64,000 nucleotides of DNA, taken from NCBI GenBank assembly GCA_965601515.1, contig CBFCWN010000004.1, positions 8,497-72,496 on the forward strand, written 5' to 3'. Source of the DNA: an uncultured Myxococcales bacterium. GTDB lineage: Bacteria > Myxococcota_A > Polyangia > Polyangiales > Houyiibacteriaceae. Position 1 is the first letter of the stretch, and every line of letters begins with the position of its first letter. Below, one piece after another: positions 35,630-45,500 of the stretch. Below the pieces are notes generated by a model, which was not told where the DNA came from, ran no database searches, and saw only the letters and a program-made list of their open reading frames with translations. The position numbers were made by a program, and so were the translations under genes.

Positions 35630-37129
35630 ATGAACGTGCGCCTGCACAATACCCTCACCGGGCAGAAAGAACCCTTCGAGCCTGCCGAGCCGGGACACGC
35701 GCGCGTCTACGTCTGCGGCCCGACCGTGTACGACTATGCGCATCTCGGACACGCGCGCTGCTACGTGGTGTACGACGTGCTGGTTCGGCATCTGCGCGAG
35801 AACGGGCTCGACGTCACGTACGTCCGCAACATCACCGACGTAGACGACAAGATCCTCAAGCGGGCGGCGGAGGTGGGCGACGACCCCACCGACCTGGCGG
35901 CGCGATTCGCCGACGCGTACGCCGAAGACATGCATCGCTTGGGCAATCTCGACCCCGACGTCGAGCCGCGCGTCAGCACTCACCTCGACGACATCTTCGC
36001 ACTCGTGCAGCGGCTGATCGACGGCGGACACGCCTATGTTTCCGAGGGCGACGTCTACTTTTCCGTCGAGTCGTTTCCGGAGTACGGCAAGCTGAGCCAT
36101 CGCGACCTCGAGCAGATGAAACTCGGGGCCAGCGAACGCCTCGACGAAGCCCAAACGGCGCGAAAACGGCATCCCGCGGACTTTGCACTTTGGAAATCGA
36201 GCGACGCCGACGACTGGGGGTGGGACAGCCCGTGGGGCAAAGGACGCCCCGGGTGGCACATCGAGTGCTCGGCGATGTCGATGAAACACCTCGGCGAGAC
36301 GCTCGACCTTCACGGCGGCGGCCTCGACCTCGTGTTCCCTCATCACGAGAACGAAATCGCACAAAGCGAAGCCGCGACCGGACGTCCGTTTTCACGCTGC
36401 TGGATGCACAATGGCTTCGTCGAAGTCGACAAAGAAAAGATGAGCAAGAGCCTCGGGAACTTCTTCACCGCGCGCGACTTGTTCGAGCGCGTGGAGCCCG
36501 AAGCGATCCGCTACTTCATGATGACCGTGCACTACCGCGCGCCGCTCAACCTCGACTGGACGCTCGACGACGCTGGCAACGTGACGGGTTTTCCGCAGTT
36601 CGAGGAAGCCGAGCGTCGCGTCGCGTACGTCTACAAGACGAAGCAGCGTCTCGCCGACCTTCCGGAGAACCGCATCGTCGACGGAGACGCAAAGGCGCCT
36701 GCCGAGCTCGATGGGTTTGCCGACGCCTTGCGGTCCGCACTCGACGACGACCTCAACATGCCGGTCGCTCTCGCGAAGCTCGCCGACTTCCTCAAGAGCG
36801 TAAACGAGCTCTGCGACCAGGCGCTGCGAAAGAAAGGCAAAGCCTTGCGGTCCGCCGTCGAGGCCGCCGAGCGAGGGTTCACCGCGCTCGGGAACGAGCT
36901 CGGCATCGGATCCCAGGACCCTTCCGCGGTGCTACTTCGAATCCGCGACCGCCGAGCCGCGGAGAGAGGACTCGAAGCGGCCTGGGTCGAGAAACGCATC
37001 GCCGCCCGCTCCGAGGCTCGGGCTGCCAAGGACTTCGCCGAGGCCGACCGCATCCGAGACGAGCTCACCGGTCGGGGGGTCGAATTGCTCGATCGCGCCG
37101 ACGGTACGGGGTGGACGATCGCCGACTGA
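35630..37129 (+). CDS. cysS: cysteine--tRNA ligase
   Basis: Start set to ATG 35630 (MNVRLHNTLTG). HIGH-type HLGHARCY and KMSKS. Confidence 0.92.
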   Translation: MNVRLHNTLTGQKEPFEPAEPGHARVYVCGPTVYDYAHLGHARCYVVYDVLVRHLRENGLDVTYVRNITDVDDKILKRAAEVGDDPTDLAARFADAYAEDMHRLGNLDPDVEPRVSTHLDDIFALVQRLIDGGHAYVSEGDVYFSVESFPEYGKLSHRDLEQMKLGASERLDEAQTARKRHPADFALWKSSDADDWGWDSPWGKGRPGWHIECSAMSMKHLGETLDLHGGGLDLVFPHHENEIAQSEAATGRPFSRCWMHNGFVEVDKEKMSKSLGNFFTARDLFERVEPEAIRYFMMTVHYRAPLNLDWTLDDAGNVTGFPQFEEAERRVAYVYKTKQRLADLPENRIVDGDAKAPAELDGFADALRSALDDDLNMPVALAKLADFLKSVNELCDQALRKKGKALRSAVEAAERGFTALGNELGIGSQDPSAVLLRIRDRRAAERGLEAAWVEKRIAARSEARAAKDFAEADRIRDELTGRGVELLDRADGTGWTIAD

Positions 37130-37230
37130 TGATTTTTTCAGTTGTTCGCCGCTGAATACTGGTAATTACAGAGAACCTAGGGCTTCCCAAATTTGCGAAT
37201 TGGCCCGAATATGTCACTCCCATTGTCGAT

Positions 37231-38889
37231 GTGGCACCCTGTAATTCCTTGGAGCATCGAGCTTTGACATCGTCTGTCCCAAAGCCGCTCGCGGAGGGCA
37301 CGCTCAGCGCCACTCCGTTCGCGCATGTGCTCCTGTCCATCCAGAAACGGGGACTCTCTGGCACTCTCGCGATCTGGCCGGAGGACGACCGGCCGGGGCA
37401 AGACCGCATTCTGTTCCGCTCCGGTGCGCCCGCGGCGGGTCGCTTTCTCGACCCAGCGGCCGACTTCGAGCGCGCCCTGCTCCACGTATTTCCACGTCAC
37501 CAAGGCCCCTACGCGTTTTACGAGGCGGACCTGATCGGCGACGCAAAGGGCGTACTCCGCGGTCAGGTCGACTCCCTCTCCCTCATTGCGACGGCGATGC
37601 GAGCGCACGTTCCGAAGGACGCGATGACGCGCGTCATCAAGAAGCTCGGCCTCGAACGGCAGCGCATCAAGAAGGGCGCGCCGCTCGTCCGACTTCAGCT
37701 TCAGTCGAACGAAATGGCCTTCATCGAGCTCATGCGCGCGGGGCCCGCGACCGCGCCGGTGCTCACGGAACAGTTTGGCGACCCGAAGCTCGCGCAGCGC
37801 ATGCTCTACCTCCTGGCGATCACGGGATGCCTCGAGGTGTACCGGCCCGTCTCGCAGCAAAAGCTCAAAGCCGTCTCGTCGACGGACAGCATGCGAAAGT
37901 CCACCCCGCCGCATCGACCCTCGCGCCCGTCCGGCACGATGCACCCACCCGGCCGACGCCCTTCGTCGCGCCCCGGAAGCCGCGATTCCCATCTTCCCGG
38001 AGGCGACTCCGTGCTTCCGACGTCGGTTAGCAACCTGCCTATGGGAAAGACGCTTTCCGGCGAAATCGTCGCGCCGCGTGAGTTGCCGCCGCCAGCGCCC
38101 CGCGGTCTGTCGGATGAGCACACGAAGCGCTGGGAGGAAACGTCGCGCGTGCTCAGCATGATGGACCGTCAGAACTACTTCGAGATGCTCGGCGTAAGGG
38201 AGTCCGCAGGAGCGAGCGACATTCGCAGCAAGTACATGAGCCTCGCGAAGAAGTGGCATCCGGACAAACTGCCCCAAGAGCTCGACGAGCTTCGACCGTG
38301 GGTCGAAGAGGTGTTCCACATGCTTACGCTCGCGAACGACACCGTCAGCGACGAGAAGAAACGGGCCGAGTACCAAAAGACCGTCATGCAGGGCGGCGGA
38401 ACACCCGAGTCCGAGCGGAAGCTCAACGTGATGGTCGAAGCGGCGATCAACTTCCAGAAAGTCGACACCCTCGTGAAACGACGCCGCTACGAAGAGGCGA
38501 TCGACATTTGCGACGGTGCGATGGCCGTCGTGCGGAAGGAAGCCGACTACCCCGCCATGAAGGCGTGGATCCTGCTGCTCCGGGACGGCGTCGAGAACGA
38601 AGATATCGCAGACGAGATTCGCGCCTTGCTGAAGACGACGTTCAAGCTCAACCCGGACCACGTGCACGGGCACTTCACGCGCGCTCACTTCTTGAAGCGG
38701 ATGGGCGATCACGAGAAGGCCCACAAGCACTTCAAGAAGGTCGTGAACCTCGACCCGAAGAACCTCGAAGCGCTGCGCGAGGTTCGTGTGGGCGAGATGC
38801 GAAAGTCGCGCGGCCGCAGCAGCTCGCCTCCGCCGCGTCCGGGCGACCCAAAGCGACCGAGCATCTTCGGGAAGTTCTTCAAGAAGTAG
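37231..38889 (+). CDS. DUF4388-like N-terminus / J domain / TPR-like C-terminus protein
   Basis: J domain YFEMLGV ... KKWHPDK. The N-terminus FAHVLLSIQKRGLSGTLAIW is typical of DUF4388. The start is uncertain (GTG 37231 or a downstream TTG). Confidence 0.8.
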   Translation: MAPCNSLEHRALTSSVPKPLAEGTLSATPFAHVLLSIQKRGLSGTLAIWPEDDRPGQDRILFRSGAPAAGRFLDPAADFERALLHVFPRHQGPYAFYEADLIGDAKGVLRGQVDSLSLIATAMRAHVPKDAMTRVIKKLGLERQRIKKGAPLVRLQLQSNEMAFIELMRAGPATAPVLTEQFGDPKLAQRMLYLLAITGCLEVYRPVSQQKLKAVSSTDSMRKSTPPHRPSRPSGTMHPPGRRPSSRPGSRDSHLPGGDSVLPTSVSNLPMGKTLSGEIVAPRELPPPAPRGLSDEHTKRWEETSRVLSMMDRQNYFEMLGVRESAGASDIRSKYMSLAKKWHPDKLPQELDELRPWVEEVFHMLTLANDTVSDEKKRAEYQKTVMQGGGTPESERKLNVMVEAAINFQKVDTLVKRRRYEEAIDICDGAMAVVRKEADYPAMKAWILLLRDGVENEDIADEIRALLKTTFKLNPDHVHGHFTRAHFLKRMGDHEKAHKHFKKVVNLDPKNLEALREVRVGEMRKSRGRSSSPPPRPGDPKRPSIFGKFFKK

Positions 38890-38996
38890 CTGCGTCACGG
38901 ACGCCGGCGAGTCCGTGCGATTGCGCCAGCTTTCTGTCCGTAACCTCCCGTTCGTTCGTCCTCGCGCGGGGTACGCGGTGTGCACGGAGCACTTCC

Positions 38997-39683
38997 ATGG
39001 CTGGCCCGCGGGAACGTCTGCGTGCGCTTGGCGTCGAGTCGCTCTCCGACGCCGAGCTGCTCTCACTGATCTTAGGCACGGGACACACCGGGGAGACCGT
39101 CGGCCTCCTCGCGGAACGCGTGCTGCGGGAGTTCGGCGGTCTATCCGGTCTCCGGCGAAAGAGCCTGGTCGAGCTGACTTCCTCCGATGGGGTGGGTCCA
39201 GCAAAGGCCGCACGCCTCGTCGCGTCCTTCGAAGCTGGCATTCGATGCCTCAAACCCCTCGAGGCAGTGCCCGAGCCCCTGCGCAACAGCCGCGCGGTGT
39301 TCGAGCGCTACGGTCGGGCACTCGCCCTGGCGTCCGCCGAGCGGTTCTTGGTCGTGTCGGTCGATGCCAAGAATCGGCCCCGGGCCGAACGGACCTTGGC
39401 GCTCGGGGGACGTACCTCGTGTCAGGTCGATCCGAGCGAGGTCTTTCGGTGGCTGATCGCCGAATCCGCCGCTGGAGCCGTGTTTCTTCACAACCATCCG
39501 AGCGGCGATCCGGAGCCAAGCGGTCACGATCTCGAGCTCACCGCGAGGCTCGTCGACGCGGGCGCTCTGCTCGAGATCCGAGTTCTCGATCACCTCATCG
39601 TCGGCGACGGGCGATATCGTAGTCTCCGCGACGCCGGCCTATGGCCGACTACCTCTATGAAATCGCGACTTTCGAGGCCTTGA
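38997..39683 (+). CDS. radC: RadC-family JAB/MPN domain protein
   Basis: Start set to ATG 38997. LSDAELLSLILGTG, HNHPSGDPEPS. Confidence 0.85.
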   Translation: MAGPRERLRALGVESLSDAELLSLILGTGHTGETVGLLAERVLREFGGLSGLRRKSLVELTSSDGVGPAKAARLVASFEAGIRCLKPLEAVPEPLRNSRAVFERYGRALALASAERFLVVSVDAKNRPRAERTLALGGRTSCQVDPSEVFRWLIAESAAGAVFLHNHPSGDPEPSGHDLELTARLVDAGALLEIRVLDHLIVGDGRYRSLRDAGLWPTTSMKSRLSRP

Positions 39684-39761
39684 GCGCCGAAATGGACCGG
39701 CTTGACACCCCCCCAGGCTCGTGCTTTCTTCGCGCCCTCTTATTTCTCGGGAGCATGAGCT

Positions 39762-39911
39762 GTGAAGCGGACCTATCAACCACATCGCAAGCGCCGTCTT
39801 CGGACACACGGGTTCCGCGCGCGTATGAAGACCAGAGGCGGTCGAGGCGTGCTCAACGCTCGTCGCCGAAAGGGGCGGAAGCGCCTCTCCGTCTCCTGCT
39901 ACAAGAAGTAG
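39762..39911 (+). CDS. rpmH: 50S ribosomal protein L34
   Basis: Not in the ORF track because it is under 60 aa. I translated it by hand from GTG 39762: [49 protein letters not shown], ending at TAG 39909..39911. Confidence 0.92.
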   Translation: MKRTYQPHRKRRLRTHGFRARMKTRGGRGVLNARRRKGRKRLSVSCYKK

Positions 39912-39928
39912 CGTCAAGACGTACCGAG

Positions 39929-40321
39929 ATGCCTCGCGCATCGGATACGACGGGGGCTTCGAGCGGTAGCGCGCAGCGCTTTTCGCAAGGCGATCGGCTG
40001 AAGAAACGATACGAATTCAGGCGGGTACAACTCAGCGGGCGACGCATCCACACTCCCCACTTTCTCATCGTCGTCCAACCAAATGCACTAGAAAACACGC
40101 GACTTGGGATCACCGTGACGAAGAAAGTGGGCACCGCCGTTCAGAGAAATCGCATCAAGCGAGTGGTGCGTGAGGTCTTCCGCCGCAATCGTGCGCTCTT
40201 CCCCGCGGGTCACGACGTCGTATTCATCGCCAAACGCGACGCCGCCGGCATCGACTACGAGGGGCTGCTCGGCGAGGTGAGGCGCGCTTCGCAACGGCTC
40301 GCCCCGGAGGCAGCTCGATGA
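39929..40321 (+). CDS. rnpA: ribonuclease P protein component
   Basis: Start set to ATG 39929. LKKRYEFRRV ... GITVTKKVGTAVQRNRIKR. It sits immediately after rpmH. Confidence 0.88.
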   Translation: MPRASDTTGASSGSAQRFSQGDRLKKRYEFRRVQLSGRRIHTPHFLIVVQPNALENTRLGITVTKKVGTAVQRNRIKRVVREVFRRNRALFPAGHDVVFIAKRDAAGIDYEGLLGEVRRASQRLAPEAAR

Positions 40322-40581
40322 TTCGCGCGGTTCTCCTGTTCACGATCCGCGTCTATCAGCTGACGCTGTCGCGACTTTTGGGTCCCGCCTGCCGATTCGA
40401 GCCCTCGTGCTCCCACTACACGGCCACCTGCATCGAGCGATTCGGGGCCGCGCGGGGATCATGGCTCGGTCTCAAGCGCATCGCGCGCTGCCATCCGTTC
40501 CACCCCGGAGGCTACGACCCGCCGCCCAGGCTCGCCGAAGAGGGTCCTTCGCCTTGTGGCCACGAGGCTCACCATGGATGA
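40318..40581 (+). CDS. yidD: membrane protein insertion efficiency factor YidD
   Basis: RVYQLTLSRLLGPACRFEPSCSHY ... RCHPFHPGGYDP. Confidence 0.9.
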   Translation: MIRAVLLFTIRVYQLTLSRLLGPACRFEPSCSHYTATCIERFGAARGSWLGLKRIARCHPFHPGGYDPPPRLAEEGPSPCGHEAHHG

Positions 40582-42379
40582 GCGCAAGAACCCTCCGTTT
40601 TGGCTGATGATGCTTCCGCTGCTCGGGCTGGCGGGGCTCGCTGCGTATCAGTACTTCGTTCCTCCGAAGCCGCCCGCGCCGCAGCAGCAACCCGCAGCGG
40701 CAGCCGCTCAAGACGCGGCGCCGGCGCAAACCGCGGCTCAGCTGCCGACAGCCGATTCGCCGAGCACCGTCGAGGCACGCCTGGCCGTAGATCCGGAGGC
40801 GCGCGCGTCATCCGAGCAGCTCTACCGTCTCGAAAGCGACCGGTTCGTCGCGACCTTCACGAACCTCAACACCGCGATGGTCAGCCTCGAGGTCAAGGGC
40901 GAACGATACCTCGACGAGGACGGGAAGCCCTACGAGCTCGTCACGACGGACAAGGAAAAGTACTTCCCGCTCGCGCTCGACGTCTCGGGCGTCACCCTAC
41001 CTCCCGATGCGGTGTGGTCGGTGTCCGAAGCGACCGACAAGCGCGTTGTGTTTCGATGGGAGGGAGACGGCACGACGATCACTCGAACGTGGTCCGTCGC
41101 CGACGCACCGTTCCAACTCGACTCCAACGTAGAAATCAGGAACGAGGCCGAAGCCACCCGCTCGCTCGGCCTCAACATCACGTCCGCGCACTACGTGCGA
41201 CGCGAAGACGAAGAAGGGGGCATGTTCGGACGACCCTCTCCTGCACTCAGCCACGGGATTTGCCGGTACGGCGAAGAGACGGTCCGCGAAGACCGCGAGG
41301 GGCTTCTGAGCGAGAATGAGGCGCAGCCGCTACAGGTGCACAGCTATGGGCCTGGCGTCGACTTCGTGGCTCTGACGAACGTCTACTTCGCGATCATCGC
41401 TGCCCCGACCGACGGACAGGCCGAGCGCTGCGACCTTCTCTCGACCGATCGAGGTGGGACGATCAAGGAGCCCGACGGCAGCCTGTTCGAATCCCGCCTG
41501 GCCTACGCCCCGGTTGAGCTCGCTTCCGGCGACTCGGCGACGTTCGGTACGAGCGTGTATGCGGGGCCCAAGGACTACGACGCGCTCGACGCGTTCGGTC
41601 ACGGGTCGACCGGCGTCATCGACCTCGGCTGGTTCAGCTTCATCGCCCGAGGGATGGCGTGGCTCTTGCGTGCCATTTACGGCTTCATCGGGAACTGGGG
41701 CTTTGCGATCATCCTGCTCACGCTCCTCGTTCGCGTTCTGCTGCTTCCGTTCGTGATTCCGCAGTTCCGCAACATGGCGAAGCAGCGCGCGCTCAAGCCC
41801 GAAATCGACAAGATCAACGAGCTCTACAAGGACGACCGCGAGAAGAAGGGCGCGGCGATGATGGAGCTCTGGCGGAAACACAAGGTCAATCCGCTCGGTG
41901 GCTGCCTTCCGGTCTTGCTCCAGATGCCGATCTTCTTCGCGCTCTATCAAACGTTGTCGACGAGCATCGAGCTGTACCACGCGCCGTTCGTCCTGTGGTG
42001 GACCGACCTATCTTCCCCTGACCCCTACTACGTGCTTCCGATCATGCTCGGCGCACTGATGTTCGTGCAGCAGAAGCTCACCCCCGTCCAGATGGACGCG
42101 GCGCAGGCCAAGATCATGCTGTACGCCATGCCGCTCATGATGACCTTCTTCATGCTGCTTCTCCCGACAGGTCTCTGCCTGTACATGGTGACGAGCTCAG
42201 CGGTCGGCATCACGCAGCAGCGATACATGTACTGGAAGATGGACCGAGAACCGGCGCTGCTCGCGGACTCCGACGAGGATGGCGCCGATCAAGATCAAGC
42301 GGACGAGCCGAAAGCGCCGGCCGCCACGAAGCGGGCAAAGCCCCGCGGAAAGAAGAGGACTCGACGTGGACGAGCTTAA
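40574..42379 (+). CDS. yidC: membrane protein insertase YidC
   Basis: Start set to ATG 40574. A large periplasmic domain is followed by the conserved C-terminal TM core (GNWGFAIILLTLLVR ... NPLGGCLPVLLQMPIFFALY). Confidence 0.92.
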   Translation: MDERKNPPFWLMMLPLLGLAGLAAYQYFVPPKPPAPQQQPAAAAAQDAAPAQTAAQLPTADSPSTVEARLAVDPEARASSEQLYRLESDRFVATFTNLNTAMVSLEVKGERYLDEDGKPYELVTTDKEKYFPLALDVSGVTLPPDAVWSVSEATDKRVVFRWEGDGTTITRTWSVADAPFQLDSNVEIRNEAEATRSLGLNITSAHYVRREDEEGGMFGRPSPALSHGICRYGEETVREDREGLLSENEAQPLQVHSYGPGVDFVALTNVYFAIIAAPTDGQAERCDLLSTDRGGTIKEPDGSLFESRLAYAPVELASGDSATFGTSVYAGPKDYDALDAFGHGSTGVIDLGWFSFIARGMAWLLRAIYGFIGNWGFAIILLTLLVRVLLLPFVIPQFRNMAKQRALKPEIDKINELYKDDREKKGAAMMELWRKHKVNPLGGCLPVLLQMPIFFALYQTLSTSIELYHAPFVLWWTDLSSPDPYYVLPIMLGALMFVQQKLTPVQMDAAQAKIMLYAMPLMMTFFMLLLPTGLCLYMVTSSAVGITQQRYMYWKMDREPALLADSDEDGADQDQADEPKAPAATKRAKPRGKKRTRRGRA

Positions 42380-42911
42380 GAACAAGCCGCGTGATGGCGC
42401 GCTGTTTCTCGACCAAGCAGATGCACAGCCGGACCCGAGCCAGTTCGCCGGCGACGGCAAAGCCGAAGAGGCAGCAGAAATCTTGGAAGAGCTTTTCAAC
42501 CTCATGGACCTCGAGGTTCGAGTGGAGATTCGCTCCGACGCAGAGCGCATCGAGCTCGACGTCACCGGCGAAGATTCGGGGCGCGCGATTGGGAAGAAAG
42601 GCGCCACGCTCGACGCATTGCAGTTCCTCATCAACAAGATGGTCAATCGCTTCCCAGACGGGCGACGCCACGTGGTCGTCGACTCGGGCGACTACCGGGA
42701 GCGGCACGACGACGGCCTGGTTTCGATGGCCAAGCGCCAGGCGGAGCGCGCCGTTCACGAGGGCAAGGTGATCACGCTTCAGCCGATGAATGCCCGCGAC
42801 CGTCGGGTGATCCACATGTCACTCGCCAAGTTCGACGGCGTAAGCACGATGTCGCAGGGCGAGGGCACGAGGCGGCGGATTCAGATCATTCCCGCACGGC
42901 GCCGCCGGTAG
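42366..42911 (+). CDS. jag: Jag-family KH/R3H RNA-binding protein
   Basis: Start set to GTG 42366. KH motif GKKGATLDALQ and R3H region RDRRVIHMSL. It follows yidC. Confidence 0.8.
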   Translation: MDELKNKPRDGALFLDQADAQPDPSQFAGDGKAEEAAEILEELFNLMDLEVRVEIRSDAERIELDVTGEDSGRAIGKKGATLDALQFLINKMVNRFPDGRRHVVVDSGDYRERHDDGLVSMAKRQAERAVHEGKVITLQPMNARDRRVIHMSLAKFDGVSTMSQGEGTRRRIQIIPARRRR

Positions 42912-43507
42912 GCGATCGCCGCGCGCGGCGCCCCGCTCGAGGGCACCACGTAGTCCAAACGACGCACGAGCTCGAGCTCGGCATCCTCGTCGAGAGATCC
43001 GCCCGCCGTGAGGACCCAAACCTCATCCGCGAGCCGGACCCCCATGCGTCTCCATTCGCCGGGCGCGAACGTCGCCCGGGAAAGAGCAACGTCGAAGGGA
43101 GCGCCGACGACTTCGGGAGACGCCGGGTCGACGCGGGTCTCGAGGACGGTCGCGCGATCGCCGAGGCCAAGCGAACCGATCGCGGTGCGAAGAAAAGCGG
43201 TACGGATCCGGCGAGGCTCGACGAGGACGCCACGCATCGATGACCCGGCCGCTAAAATGGGTAGCGAGGGTGCGCCGACCCCAGCGCCAACGTCGAGAAG
43301 CGAGGACCCGGACGAGGGCCAGCGGGCGGCCACGAGCTGAGCCGCATCGAGAAAAAGGATCTCCGCGAGCTCCTGGTCGGTACGCGCCGAGGTGAGGTCG
43401 GTTCGTTCGCCCCATTGCTTGGCGACTCGGAAGTAGTCGACCCAGCCGGGCGGCACCTCCATGCCCTGCTCCTCGCACAGCCGCTCGACCGTATCGTGCT
43501 CGCTCAT
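42881..43507 (-). CDS. rsmG: 16S rRNA (guanine527-N7)-methyltransferase
   Basis: LLDVGAGVGAPSLPIL, VLVEPRRIRTAFL. Start set to ATG 43507 (ATGA overlap with the upstream kinase stop). Its 3' end overlaps jag by 31 nt. Confidence 0.8.
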   Translation of the reverse strand: MSEHDTVERLCEEQGMEVPPGWVDYFRVAKQWGERTDLTSARTDQELAEILFLDAAQLVAARWPSSGSSLLDVGAGVGAPSLPILAAGSSMRGVLVEPRRIRTAFLRTAIGSLGLGDRATVLETRVDPASPEVVGAPFDVALSRATFAPGEWRRMGVRLADEVWVLTAGGSLDEDAELELVRRLDYVVPSSGAPRAAIAYRRRRAGMI

Positions 43508-44352
43508 CGTTCGCGCGCGTCCCGCCACGCACCGACCATCGCCTCGACCGACGGAAATCGCTCGTCCGCATGTCGGTGCATCGCTCGCATGACGACGGCC
43601 GCCAGAGGATCCGGAGTCTCGGACACCGCGTCGAGCGGAAGACAGTCCCCTGCGTCGATCTTCATCAGGAGCCTGCCGACGTGCCCATCGACGAACGGAG
43701 GCGCGCCGCTCAGCGCTTCGTAGAGCAGGACGCCGAGCCCATAGACGTCGATGCGCTCGTCGACCTCACGCTTTCCCGTAAACACCTCGGGTGCCATGTA
43801 TGCGGGCGTGCCGCTGATCTCGCCGGTCGCCGTGAGTCGGTCGAGGCCGAGGATTTTCGACGCGCTGAAATCGACCAGCCGAGGTTCTTCAGCCCACAGC
43901 ACGTTGGCAGGTTTGAGGTCTCCGTGGAGAATCCCGTGCGCGTGCGCGGCCGAGATTCCAGCGCCGAGCGCATCCACTAGACGATCGGCCTCAGGCGGTG
44001 AGAGCGGACCGCGCTCCACGCGCGCGGCGAGGGTATCCCCCTCGACGTATTCGGTGATGAGAAAGACCAGCCCGTCTTCGGCCACCCCGAGCTCGAGGAG
44101 GGGCACGATCGAGGGGTGATCGAGCGCCTTCAGCGCCGCGCCCTCGCGCCTCAGCCGTCGGCGCATCGAGTCGTTCGCGAGGTGTTCCGCGTGCAGAACC
44201 TTCGCGGCCACGTCGTTGCCCGTGACCCGATCCCGAGCGAGATACACGGTGCCGATGCCGCCGAACGCGAGCTCTCTCGTCAGCTCGTACCGATCCGCGA
44301 GAACGTCTCCAAGCCCGATGGCATCCGTCTGCTTCATCGTCCCGAGCAACAT
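43504..44352 (-). CDS. Ser/Thr protein kinase (kinase domain only)
   Basis: FGGIGTVYLARD, AAKVL, HGDLKPANV, DFS, APE. The start is ATG 44352 or 44337. Confidence 0.85.
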   Translation of the reverse strand: MLLGTMKQTDAIGLGDVLADRYELTRELAFGGIGTVYLARDRVTGNDVAAKVLHAEHLANDSMRRRLRREGAALKALDHPSIVPLLELGVAEDGLVFLITEYVEGDTLAARVERGPLSPPEADRLVDALGAGISAAHAHGILHGDLKPANVLWAEEPRLVDFSASKILGLDRLTATGEISGTPAYMAPEVFTGKREVDERIDVYGLGVLLYEALSGAPPFVDGHVGRLLMKIDAGDCLPLDAVSETPDPLAAVVMRAMHRHADERFPSVEAMVGAWRDARER

Positions 44353-44399
44353 ACCTCTCTTTTTCCAAACCCGCTCGACTCGCGTACGCTTCACACTCG

Positions 44400-45467
44400 A
44401 TGAACGAGCCGGTACTCGAACCTCTACTTGGTCGGTTGTTCGGTCGTCCGGCGCCAACGTTGGAGCTCGTAAAGCTCAAGGGCGATGCCTCGACGCGGCA
44501 ATACTATCGCGCGCGAAGGATGGGACCGGCGTCCGAGGTACCGTCGTCGATGATCGTGATGCAGCTCCCCGCCGACGCGCCACGGAGCGACGAGGGAGGC
44601 GCACAGCCCAACACCGGACGGCTCCCGTTCCTCGAAGTCGGAGACCTGCTGAGCGAGCGCGGTGTGCCCGTCCCGAAGATCTACGGTGAAGACCTCGAAC
44701 GAGGGGTGTTGCTGCTCGAAGACCTCGGTGACCAAACGCTCCACGTGGCGCTGACGAAGACCGCCGCATCGTCGTGGTTGAAGCACTACGAGCGCGCCGT
44801 CGACCTCTTGGCGGATCTGCACGAGCGGTGCGCTGAGCTTCCGGAATCGTCGATCGTCAGGCAGCGGCGCTTCGACCGCGAGCTGCTCGAGTGGGAGCTC
44901 GACCACTTCCGAGAGTGGGGCCTCGAGGCCTTGTTTGGTGAACGATCCACCGCGGAGCGCGCCGTGATCGACGACGCGTTCCGCGCGATCGTCGATACGA
45001 TCGAGCGCATGCCCTACGGGTTCGTGCATCGCGACTACCAGTCCAAGAACCTCATGGTGTCGGAGTCGGGCGACCTCACGCTCATCGACTACCAGGACGC
45101 GATGATCGGGCCGCGCGCATACGATCTGGTCGCGCTTCTCTGTGATTCGTACGTGTCGCTCGATCCGAAGCTCCAGGCGGCCATGATCGATCGCTATGCC
45201 GCACTGCGTTGTATCGATCGCGATGAGTTGCGGAGCGAATTCAGGTGGGTGACCTTGCACCGCAAGCTCAAGGACGCGGGACGTTTCGTCTTCATCGACC
45301 GGGTTCGGAGGAACCCGGACTTCCTCGAATGGTTCCCCCAGAGCTTCGTGTACGTAGGGCGAGCGGTGGCAGAAACGCCTGCATTGGCGGGCTTTGGCGA
45401 GTTGTTGCGCACGACGATTCCAGGGTTTCCAGACTCGGTCGAAAAACCGATGTCCACCGCGGAATAG
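44400..45467 (+). CDS. amgK: aminoglycoside-phosphotransferase-fold kinase, AmgK-like (anomeric MurNAc/GlcNAc kinase)
   Basis: N-terminal GDASTRQYYR motif; VHRDYQSKNLMV and LIDYQDA catalytic/Mg loops. No murU-like partner is adjacent. Confidence 0.65.
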   Translation: MNEPVLEPLLGRLFGRPAPTLELVKLKGDASTRQYYRARRMGPASEVPSSMIVMQLPADAPRSDEGGAQPNTGRLPFLEVGDLLSERGVPVPKIYGEDLERGVLLLEDLGDQTLHVALTKTAASSWLKHYERAVDLLADLHERCAELPESSIVRQRRFDRELLEWELDHFREWGLEALFGERSTAERAVIDDAFRAIVDTIERMPYGFVHRDYQSKNLMVSESGDLTLIDYQDAMIGPRAYDLVALLCDSYVSLDPKLQAAMIDRYAALRCIDRDELRSEFRWVTLHRKLKDAGRFVFIDRVRRNPDFLEWFPQSFVYVGRAVAETPALAGFGELLRTTIPGFPDSVEKPMSTAE

Positions 45468-45500
45468 AACCCGGGGTGCCGGCGTTGACCCCTTGAGCAA

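Noticed and set aside
38253-38996. A 248-codon extension upstream of RadC within the ORF 38253..39683
   Set aside because: It lies out of frame inside the J-domain protein gene. RadC homology starts at the ATG at 38997.
37177-39213. A 678-aa ORF on the minus strand, antisense to the J-domain and RadC genes
   Set aside because: The reasoning is the same: an Arg-rich, low-information translation opposite two genes with clear family motifs (HPD, JAB).
39702-39730. A TTGACA hexamer upstream of rpmH as a promoter
   Set aside because: The sequence 17 nt downstream (TTTCTT) is a poor -10 element, so I cannot support a promoter call from sequence alone.
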